Notes: generated by a model from the sequence alone, not told the origin. DNA of 24,392 bases from Planctomycetota bacterium (GCA_021324515.1 JAJPIY010000018.1:1-24392); one strand, 5' to 3'; shown: positions 15,758-23,904, counted from the first letter of the stretch. Numbers and translations: made by a program.

Positions 15758-16540
15758 TTAGGGCAAGTCGTTTTCCACCAGCTGCCGAGCAAAGGAAGCG
15801 CCAAGAATGGTGCCCATTTTTCGCCCTCCCGTGGCTAGCCAAGTGCCTGTAGCGATGCGCCGAAAGAAAGGGCCGCGCGGTACGTAAGGGCGTTGGCCCC
15901 ATAGGCGTTGGATCGGTTCAGTCAGGCCCATCTCGGCAGCCCGCCGCAAGGAGAGCCGATCGTGTTCTTCGCTATAGACACGCTCGGCGGTGCCGTCGCT
16001 GAAATACGTGGTTCCGCGATCGCGGACGAAAGCGAGGCACTGGCGATTCGCTTCCCCTTGCCGGATTCGCCCTTCACGCTCCCCAGCAAAAAGAAAGGCG
16101 GCGCCGGCTTTACCGTAGATTTCGAGTCCAGGGAGGAATTGCCCAGACCAGATGCCGGCGGCGATGTACACCCATCCCTGGTAGCGTTGGCCCCCCGCTT
16201 CCAGCCAACCATCGCCGACAGAGGTGACCTGCTGGCGAATCGGTTGCGGTTCCAGGATGGCTGAGGGGGAGATGAAGAGGAGCGATTCTCGCGTGCCGTC
16301 GTCGCGCCTCAGAGAAATGGGTTGGATCGGGTAGAGACGTTCCAGAAGCGGCAGGGCATAGTAGTAGTGCGGCCGCAGTGTCCGTGCGGCCCATTTCTCC
16401 TGAAATAGCCCCGCGGCCGCAGGCGAAGCCGCCCCGGGGCAGCCGCAATCGAAAACGACCGCCTCGATGCCTTTGCAGCGGGCATAAGCGGCGGCCAAAG
16501 AACCAAACAGACCGCCTCCCACAATCAAAAGAGTGGACAT
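15758..16540 (-). CDS. FAD-dependent oxidoreductase (short DAO-like, 260 aa)
   Basis: ATG at 16540. The N-terminal dinucleotide fold is LLIVGGGLFGSLAAAYARCKGIEAVVFD. The C-terminal GGRKMGTILGASFARQL resembles the DAO-family C-terminus. It is shorter than typical family members. Confidence 0.65.
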   Translation of the reverse strand: MSTLLIVGGGLFGSLAAAYARCKGIEAVVFDCGCPGAASPAAAGLFQEKWAARTLRPHYYYALPLLERLYPIQPISLRRDDGTRESLLFISPSAILEPQPIRQQVTSVGDGWLEAGGQRYQGWVYIAAGIWSGQFLPGLEIYGKAGAAFLFAGEREGRIRQGEANRQCLAFVRDRGTTYFSDGTAERVYSEEHDRLSLRRAAEMGLTEPIQRLWGQRPYVPRGPFFRRIATGTWLATGGRKMGTILGASFARQLVENDLP

Positions 16541-16653
16541 CCGCCCTTAATCCATCAGAAGGAGGAACGAGCCAGAAGCTTAAGCGACGACGCAGAGGAG
16601 AACCAGCCGTTTGATCCGTTGGTCGCGTGCGCTTCCGGCTCGTTTTCCGTCCT

Positions 16654-17154
16654 TTATCGATCGTACCAGTAGCTTGGCGGTTGTCCACTGGGTACGGCAG
16701 GAGAGTAACTGGTCGGTTGCAAATAGGGCGGCAGTTGCAATTGGGGCGTAGCAGGCGTGGTCGGCTGCGGCGCAGGGGGCTTCGGGGCCGGCGTAGTCGT
16801 GACGGGCGGCGGGGCGACGTGGGCCGGCGGCGTGGTTGCAGCCGGCAGCGGCACGGGGGCAGCCGGCGGCGAGATGGCGACGGCGGGCGGCGGGACGGCG
16901 GGGCCGCCGATGGTTGTCGGCGGCAACACTTGCGGCGGTGGCCAATAGGGATAGCCAGTCGGCGCCGGCGCCACGAAATGTGCTTCCAACGGCCAGTACA
17001 GATACCACGGCCCCGCCTGCGGCGCGGCGGGACCGGGGCCGCCCTTGATGTAGAAGCTGCCGCCTGCCTGAACGTTGAACGGCCAGCCCTCGGCATGGAT
17101 GGGGCCGACGGCCCACGGCAACATCAGCAAGGCCACACCGAAAATTCGCTTCAT
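16654..17154 (-). CDS. Secreted proline-rich low-complexity protein
   Basis: ATG at 17154 has AGGAGG upstream. Signal peptide MKRIFGVALLMLPWAVGPIHA-EG. An aromatic block (GPWYLYWPLEAHF, GYPYWPPP) is followed by a long P/A/T-rich tract, ending ...GQPPSYWYDR. Confidence 0.7.
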   Translation of the reverse strand: MKRIFGVALLMLPWAVGPIHAEGWPFNVQAGGSFYIKGGPGPAAPQAGPWYLYWPLEAHFVAPAPTGYPYWPPPQVLPPTTIGGPAVPPPAVAISPPAAPVPLPAATTPPAHVAPPPVTTTPAPKPPAPQPTTPATPQLQLPPYLQPTSYSPAVPSGQPPSYWYDR

Positions 17155-17403
17155 GAATCGATCCTCCTGGGACAGAGCAACTCCTGCCGGCTAGCGGCAG
17201 GGCACTACCTTCCTGAACAAGCGCCGGAGGCGCGGACGCTTAAACATTCCCGCCATCGTCCGGTATGTCCACCAGAAAATCCGTAAAAAAGATGGGGAAT
17301 TGGCAAGAGGAGCTGTCCTGTCAGGCAGAAGCGGCGCGGAAGAACGGATGTGCGCCTTCGGTGTAAAACTCCTGGTTCTCCCGCTCGGCGTGGCGCAGTG
17401 GGG

Positions 17404-17442
17404 AAAAACGGCGGCGCTCGGGATGCCTTCCACGAGCGCCGC
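17404..17442 (-). terminator. Rho-independent terminator of the Cys/Gly-Tyr-rich protein gene
   Basis: The minus strand reads gcggcgctcg-tggaaggcatcc-cgagcgccgc-cg-TTTTT: a 10-bp GC stem (17411-17420/17433-17442) followed by a T5 run (17404-17408). It lies 40 nt downstream of the stop at 17482. Confidence 0.75.
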
Positions 17443-17481
17443 TCAACCCCCGGTCTGGAATGAGAGTCGCTCTCGCTACGA

Positions 17482-17967
17482 TTAGTACCAGTAATTTGGC
17501 GCTTGAGCATAACTGTAGCCGGCGCCGTATCCAGAATAACCGTAGCCATAGCCGGTGTTAGGGGCGTAGCCGGCATAGGGGTCTTGTCCGTAGTAGAAGT
17601 ATCCAGCCTGTTGCACACCGGTTGCATTAGTCTTGGCCGGCGCCGGCTGAGGCGCTTTGAACGACGGCGCTGGGGCGGCTGGGGCGGCTGGCGCGGCTGG
17701 AGTTGCAGCGGTTGGTGCAGCAGGAGGGGGATAGCCATAAGCAAGCAGAGCATTCCACGGGGCCGGGCCGACATAGCCGAAGCCGCTGTGCGAAATGCAA
17801 GGTAACGGGTTGCAACCGCTGCTGAAGGTCCAGCAACGGCTCTTACAGGTACGTGTGAAGCTCATGTGCCGGCAGACGCTGCACTCGAAATGGCAGTCGG
17901 CCCATGCCGGCGCGGCCGTCACGGCCAATCCCAGGGCCGCAAGGCCCCCAAACAGTAAACGCTTCAT
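17482..17967 (-). CDS. Secreted protein with N-terminal cysteine cluster, Pro/Ala linker and Gly/Tyr-rich C-terminus
   Basis: ATG at 17967. Signal peptide MKRLLFGGLAALGLAVTAAPAWA-DC. The mature N-terminus has 7 Cys (CHFECSVC...C...C......C....C). This is followed by PPPAAPTAATPAAPAAPAAPAP and then GYFYYGQDPYAGYAPNTGYGYGYSGYGAGYSYAQAPNYWY-stop. Confidence 0.7.
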   Translation of the reverse strand: MKRLLFGGLAALGLAVTAAPAWADCHFECSVCRHMSFTRTCKSRCWTFSSGCNPLPCISHSGFGYVGPAPWNALLAYGYPPPAAPTAATPAAPAAPAAPAPSFKAPQPAPAKTNATGVQQAGYFYYGQDPYAGYAPNTGYGYGYSGYGAGYSYAQAPNYWY

Positions 17968-18098
17968 TTGCCGATCCTCTGTTCATCAGTTTGACGAAGC
18001 CGGCCCGCGTCTCCCTGCGAGAACTGCCTGAGCCGGGGACAAAAAAACATTACCCATAAGCGTCTGGGTAGCCAGGGAAAACTCTGGCGGACAAAGGG

Positions 18099-18132
18099 AA
18101 AAATGCGCCGGAGCGGTGTTTTCCAGCGCATT
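18099..18132 (-). terminator. Candidate intrinsic terminator downstream of the GH38-like gene
   Basis: The stem 18102-18111/18123-18132 is 10 bp. Position 18109/18125 is a C.A mismatch on + but G.U on minus-strand RNA. The loop is 11 nt. The minus strand continues gcgcaTTTTTccc. It lies about 95 nt after the stop at 18227. Confidence 0.45.
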
Positions 18133-18226
18133 GCCGCCGTTGTCGGCGTTTTGTGCGTTTTCGCTTCAAGCGGCCGTGAAAAATGCCCGATAACTCAAAA
18201 TTGCTCTTTACAGCTGGGAATGAAGG

Positions 18227-21073
18227 TCAGTGGAAATCAACGCGCAGCTGCACCAGCTCCTGCCGGCCCACGTCGAACAAGACGGCGTCGCCTTGGGTAG
18301 ATACTTCTCTCTGTGGCGTACCGAGCGCGTCGAGGAGCAGGGCGCGCTGTGGGGCGCGGACGCAGCGCAATTCAGCTTGGCCGCCAAACCCGCTAATTTC
18401 CAAAAGACGGGCCACGATGCCGGGCGCTCCATCGGGGGCGGGCCGCAGACTGGTCAGCATCAGGTTCGGTGCATCGAGATGGAATAGCCAGCCTTCGGCG
18501 CCGACGTGCGGCGGACCTTGGGGCAGCGCTATCACGGGCGTCGGCGTCGCCAGGCCCAGGGCGGTTTGCATCGGATAATCACGGTCCAGGCCCAAGGCCA
18601 GGTCAAACGTATAGGTCTGCTCACCCGGACATAAAAGCAAGATGTCGAGCATGCGTCCGCCGTGCCGCTGATGGAACGGCAGGCCGCCGGGAAAAATCAC
18701 CGTGTTCTGCCGGCCCAGGCGGATCTCTAGAAACTCTGGCGTTTCTGGTCGAGATTGGGTGGTGAGAGAGGACAAGCCGTTGACACCGCGAAGCAGATGA
18801 GCGCGTTCGTCGCGCCAGGCGAAGCGCGCAGCGTAGTAGGCGTGCCAGGGATAGCCCTGCGGCGGCTGAGCGGGAAGGATGTCGATGTGCAGGTCGAGGA
18901 CCGGCCGGCCCAGCCAGGCACGGAAGCGCTGGCGGAAGCGTGCCAACGGCTGGGCTTGCGAATCGAGCAGAACGCCTTCGCTGATGACTTCCCCAAGGGC
19001 CGGACCCTGCGACGTGGTGAGGACCTGCTCGGCGCGCATGGTACTTCCGGGGTTGAACACCAGCTGTTGGGCGAGCCGGCTGATGCGCGTGCGTTGGTCG
19101 CGGAAGGCACGCAGCCCGCCGGTCTGCGGATCGATCTCTGCCTCGAAAAATTCGTTGCGGACGAGGCGTTCCTCGGCCAGACGCATGCGCCGCGTCGGCG
19201 TGCCGGCGGGCAGTCCTTGGCGCGGCAGCCAGGCGAAACCCAGCGCCGGCACTTCCACGACAACGCGCGCGGTCTCGCCGTCGAGCTGGCCCGCCTTGAG
19301 TGGCCCTGCCAACGGAGGCAGCGAATGCATGCCCTCCAGTTCCAGCGCCACGCGGCGCTTGAAGCTGCACGGATTGAGTAGGAGAAAACCCGGATTGTCC
19401 GCCTGTCCGCGCACCGTCAACCGCTGCGCCAAACTCTCTGCAATACGTGCTTGTGCCTCGGCCAACTCCTTTTCCGGCAGAGCCCCTTCGCTCTCCAGCC
19501 GGTCCTCCAAGCGCGCCAGGTGTGTCACAAAATCGCCGTCTTGGACGGCGGGCAGCGAGCCGCTGAGGCTGTGTTGGAGCGCAGTCAGCGACCAAGCCGT
19601 ATCCAGCTGGCGGCGGGCACGTAGGTGTCGAGCGAACATGCTGATCGGCTGCTCACCGCCCAAGCCAGGCCGCGTCACACTGGTCTGCGTCTCATAGGTG
19701 TAGGTTTCGCAAGGGCAGCGTTCGACGAGATAATCGCCGTGAAACTCATCCGCTTCCGCAGCAGAGGCGTAGTCGCCCGGCATGACATCGTTGAAGTAGT
19801 TTGTCAGGGTCGTCCAGCGGCCCAGCACCGGAGCAAGCCGGCTCAGCTCGACCCAGTCGTCGTACCACGGCGCCGCAGGTTTCGTGCGATGCACCAGCGC
19901 CAGCGTGGCAGCTTGGTCCTGCATGATGGTCTGGTGCAGATGGTAGGTCAAGTGAAAATAGGTTTGGGCGTTGTCGGCCTCTTGGGGGGCGCGCGTGAAC
20001 GCCTCAACCGACTTGCCGTCCGGCGACGGCCAGCTGATAACCAGCGAGCGGTGCGACGGCAGCACGCCTTCGTCGAAAGCGACCAAGAGGGCGCGGCCAA
20101 TGCCGACATTCTGCAACAGCAACGGCAGCTGCGGATAAAAGCCGAAGCGTTGGCGAGCGAAGACGCGCACCTCTTGTCCCAGTAACTCTTGATAAACCTG
20201 CCGACCCTTGAGTAAGTTCCACATTTGCGATTCGAGGGGCAGCAGGGGATCTTCGCGTTCCCGATACAATCCGCCGCAAACTTCTGCACTCTCGCTGTGT
20301 ATCCGTTCGCGCAACATCGCCAGCCGTTCTGGCTGCTCTTGTGCCAGCTGTTCGAGCAGGGCCGAGCAGGCGACGAAATTCACTGGCAAGCCGCGCGTGA
20401 AGCTCTGCGGCCACGGGGCGCCCAAGTGGTCGTCCTTGAGCAAGCACAGATCGAGGAGGTGCAGCGTGACCGGATACAAAACCTCCCGCGCGGATAGGAG
20501 GCGGTCTGCGGCCGACTGTAAATGGCGCCGCGGCCCTTCGGGGTCGGTTTCGCCCAGCGCAGCCACAGCTGCCGACACCTCTGGCCAAAATTCGGACGAC
20601 GCCAGGGGATTTTCGTGCGCCATCGCCTCAAACAGCGCCTCGATGTGCAGATGACCGAAGCCGATGCCGAAAAACGCGGCCAGTCGCTCCTTTTCCAAGT
20701 CGAGCAACGGCAGCGACGGCTGGGCCTGATCTCCCCAATGGCGCAACGCTTGGCATAAATTCTTCAGGGTCGTCTCTCGGTCCACCGTGGCGCGAAAGGC
20801 CAGCGCCCCGACGGCGCGAACGCGCTCGTCCCAGTCATCGGGCAGGACCAGCGGCGGGTTGTCCGGCACAGCGTAGATATGTCCGGCTGTCGGCTGCTCG
20901 TAGTCGTAAGGCGATGCCACTCGCGGCGGCGCCGAGGCCCCAATCAGGGCCGCGGGGTGCCAGAGGGCCGTATAACCGTTGAGGAAGGCGGCCACTTCTT
21001 CTTCGCCGAGATAAAGCGTGTTATGCGTCGGAACTCGATACGGACTCAGGAGGATCAATTCGCGCGCGTTCAT
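18227..21073 (-). CDS. Glycoside hydrolase family 38 (alpha-mannosidase)-like protein, divergent N-terminal half
   Basis: ATG at 21073, no signal peptide. The C-terminal half resembles GH38 C-domains: NEFFEAEIDPQTGGLRAFRDQRT, and the terminal LFHLDAPNLMLTSLRPAPDG..GIVARLLEISG...ELVQLRVDF (compare the ...V.L.T.K.AED...I.RLYE..G...EI.T.R. endings). The N-terminus LILLSPYRVPTHNTLYL lacks the HxHxDxxW metal motif. Confidence 0.55.
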   Translation of the reverse strand: MNARELILLSPYRVPTHNTLYLGEEEVAAFLNGYTALWHPAALIGASAPPRVASPYDYEQPTAGHIYAVPDNPPLVLPDDWDERVRAVGALAFRATVDRETTLKNLCQALRHWGDQAQPSLPLLDLEKERLAAFFGIGFGHLHIEALFEAMAHENPLASSEFWPEVSAAVAALGETDPEGPRRHLQSAADRLLSAREVLYPVTLHLLDLCLLKDDHLGAPWPQSFTRGLPVNFVACSALLEQLAQEQPERLAMLRERIHSESAEVCGGLYREREDPLLPLESQMWNLLKGRQVYQELLGQEVRVFARQRFGFYPQLPLLLQNVGIGRALLVAFDEGVLPSHRSLVISWPSPDGKSVEAFTRAPQEADNAQTYFHLTYHLHQTIMQDQAATLALVHRTKPAAPWYDDWVELSRLAPVLGRWTTLTNYFNDVMPGDYASAAEADEFHGDYLVERCPCETYTYETQTSVTRPGLGGEQPISMFARHLRARRQLDTAWSLTALQHSLSGSLPAVQDGDFVTHLARLEDRLESEGALPEKELAEAQARIAESLAQRLTVRGQADNPGFLLLNPCSFKRRVALELEGMHSLPPLAGPLKAGQLDGETARVVVEVPALGFAWLPRQGLPAGTPTRRMRLAEERLVRNEFFEAEIDPQTGGLRAFRDQRTRISRLAQQLVFNPGSTMRAEQVLTTSQGPALGEVISEGVLLDSQAQPLARFRQRFRAWLGRPVLDLHIDILPAQPPQGYPWHAYYAARFAWRDERAHLLRGVNGLSSLTTQSRPETPEFLEIRLGRQNTVIFPGGLPFHQRHGGRMLDILLLCPGEQTYTFDLALGLDRDYPMQTALGLATPTPVIALPQGPPHVGAEGWLFHLDAPNLMLTSLRPAPDGAPGIVARLLEISGFGGQAELRCVRAPQRALLLDALGTPQREVSTQGDAVLFDVGRQELVQLRVDFH

Positions 21074-21217
21074 GTTTTGGATTTAGCAAAGCCACGACGC
21101 AAAATCTAGGGGCCTCGGAATTGGGGCGAGCGGCCCTCTCCCTCCTGTTGATAGTTTTTTCTCAGCGCAACTTTCGTAATATTAACTTGTAAAGGGAAAA
21201 ACGAACCGGGGGCGATT

Positions 21218-23599
21218 GTGGCTACGGGGGAGCCTGTGAGTAAGAAACAGAAACACAAACAGCGCCCGACCTCCACTTATTCGCCGGAAGATCTGCGTCA
21301 ACGCATTGATCGTGCGCGCCACGAGGGCCGTTTTCAGCAAGCTCTGGAGCTGACCAAACAACTGCACAAGCATGAACCGACGCCGGCTACCCTCGAATTG
21401 CTCAAGGAAGTCTACCTCGGCCGTGCCCGCCAGTTGCGCAGTCAGGGGAAGACGTGCGATGCGCTCACCGTGCTTGAGGTGGCGTCGCGTTTGGAGGGCG
21501 CGTCGCCGGCCTGGCTGGAGAGTCTGGCCCAGGAAATGGCCCTGTGCGGCGAGATCCGAAGGACGTTGATACTGCTCGACAAGCTGTCGGAGCCAGCCAG
21601 CGTTCAGCGCATCCTTGCTCAGGTCGCCGATGCTGCTGTGCAACAAGGAGAGGCTGCTCGCGCTGCTCTGCCGCCGGCGCTGCAAGCTGACTTTGATCGC
21701 ATCATCCTCGCTTTTGCCCAAGTCGAGTCCGGCCAGGATGAGGCGGCGCGGCAAACGTTGCAAGGCATCGGCCTGCGTTCGCCGTTTCTCGAATGGAAAT
21801 TGCTGCTGCGTGGCTTGCAGGCGTATTGGCAGAACGATGACGAACGCGCCATTGAGAATTGGCAACGGCTGACGCCGGAGCGCTTGCCGGCGCGCTTGGC
21901 GGCGCCGTTTCGCTTCCGCATTGATGCCGCCTTCCGCGCCGCCCAGCCGCCGGCCACGCAAGCGATGCTGCAAAAACAGATTGATTGTTTACAAGGCTCG
22001 CCCCTGTTGCCCCAGCTGCGCAATCTGCAAGCGCTGCTGGCCCACAAAGACAAGATGGCGGCGGCGCTGCGCCAAGTCGAGACGCTGCTGCCGACGCTGC
22101 GCCAGCAAATGCCGCAACTGGTGCCGCGGCTGGCCGCTTGCTTCTACTGGCAAATCCTCGAAAGCACGCCGGAGGACATCTTGCGCTATCGGCGCGTTTT
22201 CGGCTCACCCCCGGATGATCCGAATTTCTACCGCTTACAAGCGATCGGCTACGAAAAGGCCGGCGAGTTGCATGTGGCCCATCACTACTGGCAGCAGTAC
22301 GAGCAAGAGATCGCCGCTCATCCCCAGGAGTGGCCGGGCGATCAAGCCGCTCATGCGCGCGCTTTCATCTGGCAGCGTATGGGCCAGAATGCGGCCGCTG
22401 CTCTCGACCCCCGACGCCAACCGTCGCGGCGTTTGTTCGATTTGTTGGGCTTCGAGGAAGAAAAGCCCCCGCCCTTCAATCCTCCGGCGGAGAAATGCTT
22501 TGAAAAGAGCCTGGAGTTGGCCCCCGATCTGCTGGAAACCCACGAGGCCCTGCTCCGCTATTACCTGGCAACCGACCAGCCCGCCAAGGCGGAGAAGGCG
22601 GCGCAGCAACTGCTCCAGCATTTTCCCCATCATGTGGCCACGTTGGAACTGCTCAGCGATTTGTACCGCAAGCGTGGCGACTATGCGGCGGCCTTGGGAT
22701 GGATCGAACAAGCCTTGAAGGAGAACGCGCTGGATCGCCGGCTCCGCCGCAAGACCAGCGATGCTCATCTGTTGCTGGCCCGTGCCTACGTCGAGTCCGA
22801 TCACTTCGAAGAAGCCCGCCGGCATTTTCAGACCGCCCTGGATCTCAGCAGCGGTTCGGACAACCGCATGATCTTGGCCCACTGGGCTGCTTGCGAGTTC
22901 AAGGCCGGCGCCGCCGCCCGCGCCGAAGAATTGGTCCAGCAGGCCCAGGCTAACCCAGGCGAACCAACAGATGGGCCGCCGGTCCCCCCCGTAGGCGTCT
23001 CCTATCTGCTCTTGACCGAAGTGCTTCGGCTCAAGCTCGACCGGGCCCTCAAGAAACGTTTCCAAGAAGACCTCAAGAGGGGCTTGGCGACGCCCAATCA
23101 GGACGGCGCCGTCTTCCTGACGCGCATCCTGGCGGGATTACACCAAGGCGGCGTCACCTACTTTGGGAAAAAAAGTCATACGCAAAAGGTCTTATCGTAC
23201 ATCCACCAGGCCCGCGACCTCGATTTCCGCGAGACCCAGCTCGAAGAACTGTGCCGCAACCTGCTGGACATGGAAGCCTATCCGCAGGCGCGGCGTTTTG
23301 CCAATATAGGAGAACAGCGTTATCCAGAAAACCCGGTCTTCCCTTATTTATACGCCTTGGCCTGGATCCAACAGAGAAACCGAAACCTGCCGATGTGGGA
23401 CGTAGTGCCCAGGCTCAAGCGCGCACGGTCGCTGGCGCAGGCCCAACCGCCCAACGAATGCCGTGATCATATGTTGGAAGACATTGACAAGCATCTGCAC
23501 GAATTGAATCCGTTCGCTCTCGATTTTCTGAGCCGGATGTTCGGCTTCGACGGCGACGACGAGGACGACGACGGCGACGACGCAGACGACGATTGGTAA
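21218..23599 (+). CDS. Tetratricopeptide-repeat (TPR) protein, 793 aa, with poly-acidic C-terminal tail
   Basis: GTG start at 21218 (no in-frame ATG nearby; G-rich patch 5 nt upstream). The sequence is all-helical and repeat-like throughout (e.g. AEKCFEKSLELAPDLLETHEALLRYYLATDQPAKAEKAAQQLLQHFPHHVATLELLSDLYRKRGDYAAALGWIEQALK). It ends FGFDGDDEDDDGDDADDDW. Confidence 0.75.
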   Translation: MATGEPVSKKQKHKQRPTSTYSPEDLRQRIDRARHEGRFQQALELTKQLHKHEPTPATLELLKEVYLGRARQLRSQGKTCDALTVLEVASRLEGASPAWLESLAQEMALCGEIRRTLILLDKLSEPASVQRILAQVADAAVQQGEAARAALPPALQADFDRIILAFAQVESGQDEAARQTLQGIGLRSPFLEWKLLLRGLQAYWQNDDERAIENWQRLTPERLPARLAAPFRFRIDAAFRAAQPPATQAMLQKQIDCLQGSPLLPQLRNLQALLAHKDKMAAALRQVETLLPTLRQQMPQLVPRLAACFYWQILESTPEDILRYRRVFGSPPDDPNFYRLQAIGYEKAGELHVAHHYWQQYEQEIAAHPQEWPGDQAAHARAFIWQRMGQNAAAALDPRRQPSRRLFDLLGFEEEKPPPFNPPAEKCFEKSLELAPDLLETHEALLRYYLATDQPAKAEKAAQQLLQHFPHHVATLELLSDLYRKRGDYAAALGWIEQALKENALDRRLRRKTSDAHLLLARAYVESDHFEEARRHFQTALDLSSGSDNRMILAHWAACEFKAGAAARAEELVQQAQANPGEPTDGPPVPPVGVSYLLLTEVLRLKLDRALKKRFQEDLKRGLATPNQDGAVFLTRILAGLHQGGVTYFGKKSHTQKVLSYIHQARDLDFRETQLEELCRNLLDMEAYPQARRFANIGEQRYPENPVFPYLYALAWIQQRNRNLPMWDVVPRLKRARSLAQAQPPNECRDHMLEDIDKHLHELNPFALDFLSRMFGFDGDDEDDDGDDADDDW

Positions 23600-23610
23600 G
23601 GGCGCCGCCA

Positions 23611-23904
23611 ATGGATGATCCGCATGTCGTACTGGATTTAGCGGCGGATGCTGATGACGAGGCGATCCGCCGTCGCTATCTGGAGTTGGTGCGCCAGTTT
23701 GCACCGGAGCATCATCCAGAAAAGTTCGCCGCCATTCGTGCCGCCTACGAACGCCTGCGCGATCGCAATGCCCGAGTGCGCTATCGTTTATTGGAGGCCG
23801 GCCGCAAGGAAACCATTGAATCGATTGTGGAGGAGATCACATGTCGGAGTTCCCGCCGCCGGGTCTCACTCAAGACGCTTCTGAGCATACTTCCCAAGCC
23901 TTGA
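23611..23904 (+). CDS. Small J-like domain protein (DnaJ N-terminal domain only; HPE in place of HPD)
   Basis: ATG at 23611, 11 nt after the TPR stop (the track start at 23593 is a TTG inside the upstream gene). DPHVVLDLAADADDEAIRRRYLELVRQFAPEHHPEKFAAIRAAYERLRDRNARVRY follows the J-domain helix I-III pattern but has HPE and a shortened loop. There is no G/F or zinc-finger region. Confidence 0.6.
   Translation: MDDPHVVLDLAADADDEAIRRRYLELVRQFAPEHHPEKFAAIRAAYERLRDRNARVRYRLLEAGRKETIESIVEEITCRSSRRRVSLKTLLSILPKP

Noticed and set aside
16110-17286. Long Arg-rich ORFs (16110-17096 -, 16580-17116 -, 16627-17286 +) across the Pro-rich gene and FAD gene
   Set aside because: CCG/GGC-repeat DNA is open in several frames. 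Only the 16654-17154 frame has an ATG with AGGAGG and a signal peptide. The 328-aa frame would run through the FAD oxidoreductase gene out of frame.
17191-17433. 80-aa ORF in the 327-nt spacer between the two secreted-protein genes
   Set aside because: Its start lies inside the intrinsic terminator hairpin. It has no SD and a basic, low-complexity sequence. The spacer more likely holds the promoter and 5' UTR of the downstream gene.
17879-17902. CX3CX2C spacing (CHFECSVC) as a radical-SAM iron-sulfur motif
   Set aside because: The protein is 161 aa with a Sec signal peptide and no SAM-binding or TIM-barrel-like sequence. The spacing alone is not evidence for a radical SAM enzyme.
18621-19697. 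324-aa (-), 272-aa (+), 208-aa (+) and other ORFs nested in the GH38-like gene
   Set aside because: These are alternative-frame and antisense Arg/Ala/Pro-rich products. The 948-aa frame is continuous, has an ATG start and shows family-like C-terminal motifs.
21182-23065. Antisense ORFs 21182-21973 (263 aa) and 22235-23065 (276 aa), and in-strand alternative frames 21921-22718 and 21619-22053, over the TPR gene
   Set aside because: They have no independent start signals. Their composition is typical of off-frame GC-rich DNA. The TPR frame is uninterrupted for 793 codons with repeat-helix periodicity.
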